Shown here one piece after another: positions 24,061 to 36,900 of a DNA stretch of 64,000 bases. The number at the start of each line of letters is the position of its first letter. The stretch's first letter is position 1. Source of the DNA: Azolla caroliniana. Its lineage: Eukaryota > Plantae > Polypodiophyta. Under the pieces are notes generated by a model that ran no database searches, was not told where the DNA came from, and worked only from the letters and a program-made list of their open reading frames with translations. The DNA is taken from assembly GCA_043228905.1 (NCBI GenBank), contig JBHGNT010000020.1, positions 434,001-498,000 on the forward strand, read 5' to 3'. Position numbers and translations under genes: made by a program.

Positions 24061-27000
24061 GCGGATCAGAAGAGTAGCCGGCATGAGGAGGTCAACTACG
24101 TCAGCTCTTCAGCCGAAATTTTGACGACCGACCCGAACATACTGTTCATAGAGAACCCAATCGAATCAGAAATTCTGCTTACGACTGAGGAATCGAGCAC
24201 ATGGCTCCTGGACTCGGGGGCATCGTATCATGTGACACCTCACCAATCTCAGTTTCGGCAATACTCGGACCGGCACTCCGACTCAGTTCGAGTCAGAAAC
24301 TTGCAACACTGTGCTATAATTGGAATCGGCACCGTAGAGCTCAACCTTCCGGGTGGCTCTACACTCGTACTACACAACGTCTGACACGTTCCTGAGCTCT
24401 CAAGACCCTTGATCTCAGTTGGACAACTCGATGAAGCCGGCATCCGTGCCGGATTCTCATCAGGAGGGTGGACACTCCACAAAGGGAACCTCCTACTTGC
24501 TCGAGGACCGAAGGTACACTCTTTATACCCTTTATATGTCACACTCAAAGAGGGTGACTTATTTTTGGTTGATATCCCTGTGTCATCGTTATGGCACGGA
24601 CGACTTGGACACCTCAGCAAGGCCGACATAACACACCTATCCAGAGCTGGTTACATCCCCAAGCTCTCCTTCTCGGATCACCAATTTTGCGAGCATTGCC
24701 AGTACGGCAAACAGGTTGCCACATCACACCCGACATCAGCACCAAGAGAATCGAGTCCCCTCGATTTGGTCCACTTGGACGTCTGTGGCCCGATGCCACA
24801 TCAGTCTCTCGGCGGTGCTTCATATTTCATCAGTTTTATTGACGACTCGACTCGGAAGGTGTGGGCTTACCCCATCAGAACCAAAGATCGGGTGTTCTCG
24901 ATCTTCTCCGAATGGCTTGCAATGGTCGAAAATCAGACCGGTCGGAAACTGAAATGTCTTCGAACCGACAATGGAGGAGAATTCAAGTATGAAGAATTCG
25001 TCAAATTCTGCCAGGAAGCGGCATTCGACGTGAATATACGACACCCTATAGCCCAGAGCAAAACGAAATTGCTGAACGCATGAATCAGACGATTCAAGAA
25101 TGCGTAGTATCCATGCTCCAACACTCTGGACTGTCGGATGGCTTCTGGGCGGAGGCTCTACTTACGACAGTACACATAGTAAATATGTCGCCAAGTAGAC
25201 CTCTAGGACTTCAAATACCTCAGGAAATATGGACCGACAGTAAGCCGAATTATGACAAACTGAGGATCTTTGGTTGCGAGGCGTATGCTCTCATACCGAA
25301 AGATGACTGCCGGAAACTTGAACCAAGGTCAAGGAAATGTGTTTTTCTTGGATATGGACCCGACGGCGAGATCGGATACCGACTCTAGGACCCCGAGCAC
25401 AAACAAATCGTTCGAAGTTCAGACGTCGTGTTCAATGAGTCGACTATGCATAAAATGGCCGAAAGGCCTATTGAAGTCCAAAGGGTAATATTTTCCGAAG
25501 TGCCAACCCTTCATGACGGCCCAACCCACAACATGAGATCGGTTTCACGGGTAACCGACAACTCTCGCACCGAATCCACTGATTCGGCACAACCGAATGG
25601 CTCGGCTTCAGACCATCCGACATCGACACCTAGTGCAACCAGTTCAGTCATACCTCGTAGATTCGAGAGACTCTTGCAACCTTCGAAGAGGTACTCTCCC
25701 GGAATTTTCTTCACCGACGCCGGTGAACCGACGTCTTACGAAGAAGCATCGGCATCTGTCGATTCCGCCACATGGCATCTGGCGATGGAGTCGGAAATGC
25801 ACTCCATTCGGGCAAACAAGACTTGGGACTTAGTCGAATTACCGAAGAATCGACGTGCTCTTCCATGTAAGTGGGTCTATGGACTAAAAGAGACGCTCGA
25901 CTCAACCAACCCAAAGTACAAGGCCAGATTAGTTGCAAAGGGATTTAGACAAGAATATGGCGTCGACTTCGACGAAATCTTTTCACCAGTGGTGAAAATG
26001 ACGACCCTTCGTTTCATGCTCGGCGTCGTGGCCGCCGAAAACTTGGAGCTGATTCAGCTAGATGTAAAAATGACATTCCTCCACGGTGACCTACAGGAGG
26101 AAATCTATATGGAGAAACCGAAAGCCTTTGTGGCATCCGGCCAGGAACATCTAGTCTGCCGACTCAGGAAGAGTCTCTACGGCCTCAAACAGGCAACCCG
26201 ACAAGGGTACAAGAAGTTCGACGACTTCATCCAATCGGTTGGCTTCTCAAAGAGCGATGAGGACCACTGTCTCTTTACCAAAACAGCTCAAGATGGGTCT
26301 CCCGTTTTCCTCATCATCTACGTGGACGACATGCTCCTCTTCGGCCGGCATGCGGGAGAGCTCACCAAACTCGTTCGGAAACTATGATTGCAGTTTTCCA
26401 TGAAGGACCTTGGTCCGGCAAGACACATACTTGGTATGAAGATTAGTCGGCATTGCGATAAACGACAACTTTTCTTGTCTCAAACTGACTACATCAGACG
26501 TGTCTTGGAACGCTTCAACATGCACTCGACCAAGTCTGCTTCGACCCCGCTCCCCATTAACCTTCGACTGTCTCAGCAAGATTGCCCGACATCTGGTCCG
26601 GAGGGGGAAGATATGAAGTCGGTACCATATGCACTGGCAATCGGCTCCCTTATGTACGCGATGGTCGCGACACACCTTGATATTTCTCACGCCGTAGGAG
26701 TCGTCAGCAGATTCATGCACAACCCCGGCCGATTGCACTGGAATGCAGTCAAGCATGTGTTCAGATATCTAGCTGCCACAAAAGACCACGACATTCTTTT
26801 CGGCCCGAACTCAACCTCAGGCGTAGTCGGTTACACCGACTCGGACTTCGCCGGCTGTGTGGACAGTCAGAAATCAACAACCGGATACTGTTTCAAATTC
26901 GGCAATGGAGCAATCTCGTGGAAGTCGAAACTTCAGGAGTGCACAACCACCTCAACGACTGAAGCGGAATATGTAGCTGCGTCTGACTTGGCAAAAGAAG

Positions 27001-30000
27001 CTTTATGGCTCGGTCGGCTGGCGCACACGTTCTGACAGGTCGACTCCGACTCGGCTCCAGTTGTCTACAGCGACAGTCAGGGTGTTGTTGCTTTGTCAAA
27101 AAACCCGGTTCACCACAATGCCTCCAAGCATATCGACGTTTGATATCACTTCGTTTGGGACTGCGTCATTTCAGGGAAAATCGGTCTCGAGAAGATATCC
27201 ACAACTGATAATGTCGCAGATGGAATGACCAAGTGTCTTTCAGCGGATCTCTTCTGGTTCCTTTGCCACTAGATGGGCGTAACGAAAAATCGGCCTGGTT
27301 AAAGTCGGACACATAGCACAGGATGGTTTCGGACCACCGACATCGGTTCTCTGAGGATCGGCTTTAGCTCTTCCAACCCGACCGATTCGGTCTTTTGTTT
27401 TCGGATCTTGCCGACTCTAACAAAAGTGATATGTTCGATAAACCTTGTATATATACCTGTAATTCTTTAAGATAATCCATGTATACACCCATTACGGGGG
27501 AGTGTCGAATACGAGTGTATAATGGCCGTATTCACACCGTCCCTTTGGACAACCCAAGTTCGGGCTATTTCTGTAAATAGCATAAAGGGCAGTTGCCCTA
27601 GGATAGTCACTATATAAAGTGACTTTGTAACCTTTAGTGAAGGTGGTTGTTGTTGTTTTTGTCATTTTTGTAACAGTTGCTATTTGGAATATAACGTATC
27701 CTTTGTGCCTCTCTCTCTCTCTCTCTCTCCCTCTGTGTTTATCTTGCTCATGCATACACAGGTTCTTCTTCATCACGAATGTTGCTTGCACTTCCACATT
27801 GACGGCCTTGTCCCCAACAATGCTCGCCAACTTGGAGATCGATTGGGCAATCGTAGGGGCAATGAGCCGGTGTTAATGTTAACGTGTGGAAGCGTTAGAC
27901 AGAACTGGCTCAGCTGGATAGCAACAGAGAATAAGATGAAGGTTTAATGGAGAAGCTTAATGCACATAGAGTATACACGGGAGAGATAGAGAGAGTAGAA
28001 CGTAAACGTAGATTCAAAAAATTAAAAACACTCTATAACTCTGTACATACAACGTGCTAAACAACACTATTTATACAAGTCCTCAAAAGGACTGACAGAA
28101 GTACTATGTACTTCAATGCTCATATGAGCAACTGACACTAACTACGAGACAATGATTACCTAGTAGTCCAGGCTACTACTAGGCTTCCGGTTCGCACTCG
28201 AATCCAACTCTCTGATCCGTCTCCCCGATTCGGCCGGTTGTTTCCGGATATCATCCGGATACCGATCTGGCACTGGCTTATTCAGCCGATCCAGATCCGG
28301 TTGAGCTTGCTCACTCAACACTCCCCCTCAAGCTCAACTTGAGGTTGGATCATGGTGTTAGTGTCTGTGGCAGCCAATCCTTCCACCCAACTCCTTCTAG
28401 CGTTGTTCTGCCTTGCTCGTGCTCCTCGTTCGGTCCGGTTCCGTTTCCTGCGACCCGTCCGGTACTGCGCACCTCAACCTCCTTGGTCGGCTTGTCTGCT
28501 AAACAGGCCCATTTCAGCTCCTTCATTGTTATGACTCCGGTGCTTGTCGATCCATCGATTCCTCTGTGTCGGTGTCGACTTCCGCTGCCTTCTCGTCTGG
28601 TTGACCTTTAGTTGATTTGGCTTCTCTGAATCCCACTGTTGAAGCGAATCGGCTGTCTCCGATTCGTTCCCGCTCTTGTCCAATTCGGTGTTCTCCATCT
28701 CGTCTTCCGGTTTCAGGCCCTTCACCACATTAGACCATGTTAGGGTCTTGGCCTTCTCATTCCGGTCGGCTCTGTCCTTCTTGACTCTTCCGCCGCTACC
28801 GCTCGTTTCGACTTGTTCGGATGTGTCGACTTCCTTCGTCGACTCGGCTTCCTTTTTCCTCTTGTCTCCCCCTTTGTTGGTTCATAAAGGGCATAGAGAG
28901 AGAGAGAGAGAGCATAAACTCAATTCAAAATATAACTCTAACTTTATGTGTACATCCAACATGCTAAACAACACTATTTATACAAGTCCATAAAGGACTG
29001 ACAGAAGTACTGATAGGTACTTCAATGCTCATACGAGCGTCTAGGAGACATTAACTACTGACAGAAGTACTGACACTAACTACGAGACATTAACTACCTA
29101 GTAGTCTAGGCTACTACTAGGCTTCCAGTTACTGCTTGATCCGGCTAATTGGCTCCCCAGCTCACCGGCTCACTGATCCGACTCAGGCTTATTCAGCTGA
29201 TCCGGATCCAGTTGAGCTTGCCACTCAACACTCCCCCTCAAGCTCAACTTGAGGTCGGATCGTAGTGTCAGTCTCCATGGAAGTCGGTCCTTCCACCCGA
29301 CTCCTTCTGGCGTCACTCTGCCTCGCTCGCGCTCCTCGTCTGGTCTGGTCTCGTTTGCCGCGACCCCTTTGGTTCTGCACGCCTTGACCTCCTCGGTCAA
29401 CTTGTCAGCTCAACAGGCCCAATTCAGCTCCCTCACTGTTGTGACTCCGACACTTGTCGACCCGTTGATTCCTCCGTGTTGGTATCGACTTCCGTTGCCT
29501 TCTCGTCCGCTTGGCCTTCAATTGATCCGGTTCTTCCGAATCCGTCTATTGAACTGACTCGGTTGTCTCCGACTCGTTCTAGCTCTTGTCCGAATCGGTT
29601 GCTCCCGATTCGTCTTCCGGTTCCAGGCCCTTCACCACATCGGACCATGTCAGAGTCTTGGCCTTTGTCTTCTGGTTGGGTCTGTCCTTCTTGACTTTGC
29701 CGCCGCCGTCGCTTGCTCCGACTAGTTCGGATGTGTCGACTTCCTTTGTCGACTCGACGTCCTTTTCCTTCTTGTCTCTCCCTTTGTCCGTTCTTCCCTC
29801 ACCGGCGCAATCGACAGTTTATTTGCCATTGCCCGTTTCAGTGTCTTTTCTGACAAGAATGCACGCTCCCTTCTGCCACACTCGGCCACAACCGAGTCTA
29901 AAATCGAAACACAAGAAAAACGGATAATGAATGCACGACACAGAGGAGAGAAAAGAGTACACATGATGTTTACGTGGAAAACCCAAACTAGGGAAAAACC

Positions 30001-33000
30001 ACGGCAACCAACAAACTGCGAACTATCACTATATCACAAAGATTACAACAGTGAGCTCACGGAGGCAACGACCTCGTGCTCACAATCTTCACCACAGGCG
30101 GCGGTTACAACAGACGCAACGACCTCTTCATTTCTTTCTTTCTCTCTCTCTCTCTGTACACTGTTGCGCTCTAATCTTGCGCCAACAAGAATGACAACAC
30201 CCACACACATAACAGTTTGCCCTAAGTCATATTTATACTAAAATGACTTTTCGGCTATTTACAAATATAGCCCCGATGGACTCTCAGAAACATATTTATG
30301 AATATGTCCCTTCATCCGGTGATCACTCTTCACCGGGCACTCATCATCCGGTTCTCACCGGGTGATCCGTAGCCGGGTACTCCTCATTCGGAGGGACCTG
30401 TTTCCTAACAAACTCCCCCTTCACTCCGGCATGGGATGTCTTACTAGTCCGATCCGCTTTCGGCATGCATCCAGCTTGTCGGGTATCAATACTTTGGTCA
30501 GCATATCTGACCCGTTCTCGGCCGTGTGGATCTTTGTCAGTGCGAACTCCTGGTCATCTACTCTTTCCCGGATCTAGTGATACCTACGCTGGATATGCTT
30601 TGTCCGGGAATGGTAGGCCGCATTCTTAGCAAGGTGGATGGCACTTTGACTGTTGCAATAGAGCCGATATTCATCTTGCCGGATACCGAGCTCTCCGATG
30701 AAGTTCTTCATCCATAATATTTCCTTGCCGGCTTCCACAACCGCCATGTACTCTGCCTCCGTGGTTGACAACGCAACCGTCTTCTGCAGCCTTGACTGCC
30801 ACGAAACAGCTCCCCCTGCATATGTCATTACATACCCGGATGTAGACGGGCTAGTATCCACATCAGCCGACATGTCCGAATCGGTAAAACCGTCAAGTAG
30901 AGGTTTACCGGAGCCGAATCAGAGACACATATTTGAAGTGCCCTTCAGGTACCGGAGTATCCATTTGACCGCGTTCCAGTGCTCCTTGCCGGGATTGCTC
31001 ATAAACCGGCTCACCACTCCGACTGCGTATCCTATATACGGTCGGGTACACACCATTGCGTACATTAAGCTCCCGACGGCAGAGGCATATGGAACTTTCA
31101 TCATATCAACCTTCTCTGCTTTCGTCTTCGGGCGTTGCTTACCGGATAACCTGCAGTTTGCCGGAAGTGTCGATCCGACCAGTTTTGTATCTGACATGTT
31201 AAACCGCTGAAGCACTTTTGTCACGTATTTCTCCTGTGATAGCCACAGTTGCTTCGTTGGCTGGTTCCGGATGATATGCATCCCCAACATCTGTCTTGCC
31301 GGACCCAAGTCTTTCATTGAGAAGGTCCGGTTGAGGGCCTACTTCAGCATCCGAATTTTGGCTTGGTCCTGTCTGACGATCAACATGTCGTCCACGTACA
31401 GAAGGAGTATCAGGAAGTCGCCTCCTTAAAACTTCTTCACAAACATGCAATGATCGGCCTGCGTCTTGTGGTACCCTTGATCGGTCATGAAGGAGTCGAA
31501 CTTCCGGTACCATTGTCGGGGGGCCTGCTTCAACCCGTATAAGCTCTTCTTCAAGTGGCAAACCAGGTGCTCCTTCACTTTCTCCACGAATCCTTCCGGT
31601 TACTGCATGTAGATCTCCTCTTTGAGGTCACCGTGAAGGAATTGCGTCTTGACGTCTAGCTGCTCTACCTCGAGGTCCATGCTTGCCGCTATACTCAGCA
31701 CCATCCGGATGGAGGTCATCTTTACTACCGGGGCAAATATCTCACCGAAGTCCACGCCCTTCTTTTGCTGGAACCCCTTCACCACGATCATGGCTTTGTA
31801 TCTCGGGGGGTTGTCGGCATCTCCTGGTTTCAAATTGTACACCCACTTATTTCGGAGTGGCCGCTTTCTTTTCGGCAACTCCACCAATTCGTACGTATGG
31901 TTCTCATGCAGGGAATCCATCTCATCCTGCATGACACTTAACCATTTTTGGCTGTGGGTGTCATCCTTCGCTTCTTCGAAGCTTTCTGGTTCCCCCTCAT
32001 CAGTTAGCAGCACATGCTCTGCATCTGGAAATCTCCGGGGGGCTCTTCTCTCTCTGAGAGGATATCTCCTCTCTGGGCTTCGGTAACCGGCTCCTCCATT
32101 TGCTCTTCATCCGAATCCGATTCGGGGCCTTGGCCGGTTCCGGTTTCAGCTTCCTCTACTTCTTCTTCTGCCGGTTCGGTATCGTCACCGTAACCGGTTG
32201 GTTCCTCGAGTGCTAACCGGTCTCTTGCTGGTTGGGTCTGCTCATCGTAGAATCGATCCTTAGCGGTCGACTCCGAGTTCATTATCTTCTTCTTCGACTC
32301 CTAGTCGGCGAGCGTCTTGTCCTCCATGAAGATAATATCTCGACTCCGGAATACCTTCTTGTCGACCAGGTCCCACACTCGGTAGCCGAACTCATCATCG
32401 CCGTAACCGAGGAATATGCATGGCCGGGTCTTTGGATCTAACTTTCCTCTCCGGTCCTTAGCAATATGCACGTACACGAGACACCCGAACACCTTCAGAT
32501 GCCGGTAGGACACTTCCTTACCGGTCCATACTCTCTGCGGCGTGTCTCTATCCAAGGGTACTGAGGGTGATCTGTTTATCACATATGTCGCCGTCAACAA
32601 TGCCTCAGCCCAAAACTTCTTGGGTAGTTTTGCATGCGCCAGTATAATCCGGACCCTCTCCATTATGGTCCGATTCATCCTCTCGGCCAGCCCGTTTAGT
32701 TCCGGCGTCTTCGGCACGGTAAATTTGAGCCGGATTCCCTTCGAGTGACAGTACTCCTCGAATTGCCCCCGGTATTCACCTCCGTTATCTGCTCGAACGA
32801 CCTTCAGCTTCCGGCCGGTTTCTCTTTCCACTCTCGCGTGGAGCTCTTTGAAGACGAATAGCACCTGATCCTTCGTCTTCAACGGTGTGGCCCACAACTT
32901 CCGGCTGTGGTCATCTATGAACGTCACGAAGTACTGCGATCCTGCATGTGACTTGGTGTCCACTTGACACACATCAGTATGCACCAACTCCAGTGGTGCA

Positions 33001-33916
33001 TTACGTCTCATTGGTGGCCTCGATCGGAAGGAGGTCCGGTTTTGCTTTCCAGCCAGACAATCAGTGCACTTCTCCAAGTGCACGTTCTTCACTGGAATGA
33101 GGTTGTTGTCTGCAATCCTCTTCATCCCCTTCTCGCTCATGTGACACAGTCTCTTGTGCCACAGCTCACCGGCAGTGTCGGATGCCACGTTCACTTCCTC
33201 CGGACATAACCGGGCATTCATCAGGTACAATGTGTTTACTTTCCAGGCCCGAGCCACAATCAGGCTCCCTTTGCTGAACTTCATAACACCGTTCCGGATG
33301 CTACCCGTGTAGCCTTCATCATCTAGCTGACCGACTGATATCATGTTTAGACGAACCTTCAGAACGTGTCAGACATCCTTCAGCAGCAGCTTGCATCCGG
33401 TTGGTGTTGTCAACCACACGTCTCCTATGCCGACAATCCGGCATGTACCTTCATTCCCCATCCGGACACAGCCGTGATCACCGGCTGAGTAGGATGAGAA
33501 GCATTTCCGATCCGGGGTAAGGTGGAATGACGTTCCGGAGTTGACCACCCAGGTCATCTTGTCGCCGACAAGGTTTATCTCACTCTCATCGGTGATGAGC
33601 ATAAACTCTTCTTCACTTTCCGCGATTGCCGTCGTTCCCTTCCGGTCCGGCCCCCTCCGGTCTTTACCGTTCCGGTCCGGTGTCCGCTTCGGATCGGTAC
33701 CATCAATTTCCTTGTCTTTTCGGAAATGCCGACAGTTCTTCTGGAAGTGTCCCGACTTGGCGCAATAGAAGCAAGTAGGCCTCCCCCTTGACTTTGACCG
33801 TGTCCCCAACTTTTCCCGGTTCTGGGGGCTACGGTTCCTTTGTCTTCCGCGTTCCAATTCGGTAAGGAGCGCTTTGGAGTCGGAGCTCGTATCCTTATCT
33901 TTCCGACGCGCCTCCT

Positions 33917-36900
33917 TATTAGAGATCTAAGTACTAAAGTAAGCTTAAGATAAGGATAAACAAATGATAGATAGAAAGGAGAAAGAGAAAGAAGGGTGCT
34001 GATCCACCCGACCACCCCCGAGCGAAGGGATCGAGACGGATTCGAGCCTCGATCGGCATCCCATACCACCGCCGTGGCGTCGAGTCGTACCTGGTGCTGG
34101 CGTGCTTGCTACAAGAGTTGACCCACCACAAGAGCAGAGTCTTGATGTAGTCAAAAGATGATCAAATGAGGGTAGCTAGGCCTCTAATTTATAGCGATAC
34201 CCAAGGCCCCCATGCAAGTTCACACTTGACCTAATGGGTTGTCTCAATCCCGAGGATTAAAAGTAATCCTCCCCTTCTTTACACTCTCGTTTAACCCTCA
34301 CACTTATCCACGTGTATAGAATACTACGGTAAATTCTCATCACGGGATATTAAATGGTCATGCCCGTAACATACTCCCCCTCTTTAAAACATTGCACTCT
34401 TGCAATGGAAAGTTAGGGAAATTAGTTCTGAGAGTATTTTTGCGTTCCCATGTGGCTTCTTTTATTGATTTATCCATCCATTTTATTTTAAATTCTCGGA
34501 TTTCTTTAGTACGTAATTTTTTTGTTTTAACATCGAGAATTCTTTCTGGTACATGTGGTTTAGAAGATAATTCTTCAAAAGTAACCAGAGTTTCAGTTGT
34601 AACTGTATTGTCGCCAGAACCTAGAAGTTCTTTTAGACGATTCACATGAAAGACTAGATGAATTCCAACACCATCGGGAAGAGCGAGACGATAGGCTGAT
34701 GACCCAATGCGTTTGAGGACTGTAAAAGGTCCACAAAACCGTGGGGCTAACTTAGCGCACTTACCCATAGACAATGTCTTAGAATTGTGAGGTACACGTA
34801 AAAATACCTTCTGTCCAGGGTTGAATACACGAGGTTGCCTATGATAATCGGCATAAAAACGCGCTCTATCTTGAGTTGTTTTTATATTATCTCGTGCAGT
34901 ATGCAACATATCTTGCATATCCCGAAGAAAGTTTTGCGTACTTCGCAACTCATCATGATGTATATTAACATCAATCGGGGCTCGTGGCTGAAAACCATAC
35001 ATCAACATAAAAGGACTATATCCCGTCGACGTATGCTTGGAGCTGTTATAAGCAAACTCCAAAATTGGGAGATAACGTTCCCATTTTGTTGGTTTTGCAC
35101 CAACGTATGCTCGAAGCATGTCCTCAATAATTTGATTTACTCGTTCTGTCTGTCCATCGGATTGAGGATGATCCGTGGAGCTCATGCTCAACGTAGTTTC
35201 TAACTTCTTAAAGACTTGCGTCCAGAAGTCACTAGTAAACTTTGGATCTCGATCACTCACGATATCCATCGGTAACCCATAAAAACGAAACAATTCTTCA
35301 ACGAATTGGTAAGCCAATTCAGGAGCTGTTACCGTGGTTTTAGTAGCAATAAATTTGGCCATTTTAGTTAGTCGATCAACGACAACCCAGATGGCATCAT
35401 GACCTTTTTGGGTGCGAGGAAGGCTAACAATAAAATCCATGGATATACTTTCCCACTTATTATTGGGAATGTCCAAGGGATGTAAAAGTCTTGCGGCTTT
35501 AAGTCGCTCGTCTTTGTTAACCTAACACTGGTGACATTTAGTCACATAACTATGTATGTCAGGACGCATCTTAGGCCAATAAAATTGAGTGGAGATGAGA
35601 ACGAGTGTACGATGTATTCCAGGGTGCCCTGCTGAGGGTGCATCATGCCATTAAAAAAGAATCCTCTTTTTGACCTCGGGTAAATCTGGAACACAAACCT
35701 TCCCATTACGGTAGAGTAAACCGTTAGCAATGTGGAAGTATTCCTTCGAGGATGTGGTGGTGTCTGTTCCAGACTCAACTCTTGCCCAATATTTTGCAAA
35801 ATAACTGTCATCAAGATACTTTCCTCGAAGGTGATCATAAAGATCTGATGTTATTTCAGTGAAGCTAAGCATGTTAACTTCACGGATGCGACTTAGTGCA
35901 TCAACGACAATGTTCATGGAACCTTTACGATATCGTATGGAAAAATCAAAGTCCTGGATGAGATCAGCCCATCCTGCCTTACGACCTTTCAGGTCTTGTT
36001 GGTCACAAAAATATTTCAAAGACTCGTGGTTCGTAGTTACCACAAAGCGATTTCCATAAAGATAATGGCGCCATGTTTTGAGCGCATGTATAACTGCAAA
36101 TAATTCCTTTTCTTGAACGGTATACCGACATTGAGCAGAATCAAGTTTCTTACTCTCGAATGCTATTGGTTTACCATCTTGATACAAGACAACACCTATA
36201 GCATAATCGCTTGCATCGGTTTCAACCTCAAAAGGTTTTGAAGGATCAGGTAAAAGAAGTGAAGGAGCCTTGCAAACCAGGTCCTTGAGTTCCTTAAAGG
36301 TGAGGTCTAGTGTAGCATTCCACACAATAGGTTTTGTAGACTTACGCGTTTGACCTTTTAAAAGATCAGTAAACAGCGTCGTCAATTGGGAGTAATTACG
36401 AAGAGACTTTCGCAAAAACCCGACAAAACCAAGGAATGATCGAACTTCTCGAATATTTCGAAGAGTGGGCCAAAGCTTGATTTTCTCCATGCGAGAAGGA
36501 TCAGTTTCAACTCCTCGTTCAGTTATGAGATGTCCAAGATAAGTAATTGATTTCTTGAAGATTTCACATTTTGAGATCTTCGCATAAAACTGTTTGTCAT
36601 GCAATGTTTGTAAAACAAAGCGGACATGTCTAGCATGTTCTTGTAATGTACAACTATAAACTAAAATATCATCCAAGAAAATAACGACAAATTTTCCAAG
36701 TTTTTCTCGGAAAATGTCATTCATTTCTTGTTGAAAAGTAGCCGGAGCATTGGTCAAACTAAAAGGCATAACCAAAAACTCGTAATGGCCATAGCGCGTA
36801 CGAAATGCCGTTTTAGGAACATCGTCCTCACTTATTCGTATTTGATGGTAGCACCGAGCTCCTTGGAGACGGTCAATTAGATCGTCAGCCCGGGGCAATG

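Larger units (their letters stand above)
20728..27819 (+). mobile_element. Element A: full-length degenerate Ty1/Copia (Tork/Tnt1-like)
   Basis: LTRs 20728-21041 and 27503-27819 (TG..CA; ~5 substitutions and a 3-nt indel by eye). TSD ATGCT (20723-27, 27820-24). PBS TGGTATCAAAGC at 21044; PPT at 27494-27502. gag from 21707; PR WLLDSGAS; INT; RT YVDD; RNase H. Many stops and frameshifts. Confidence 0.95.
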
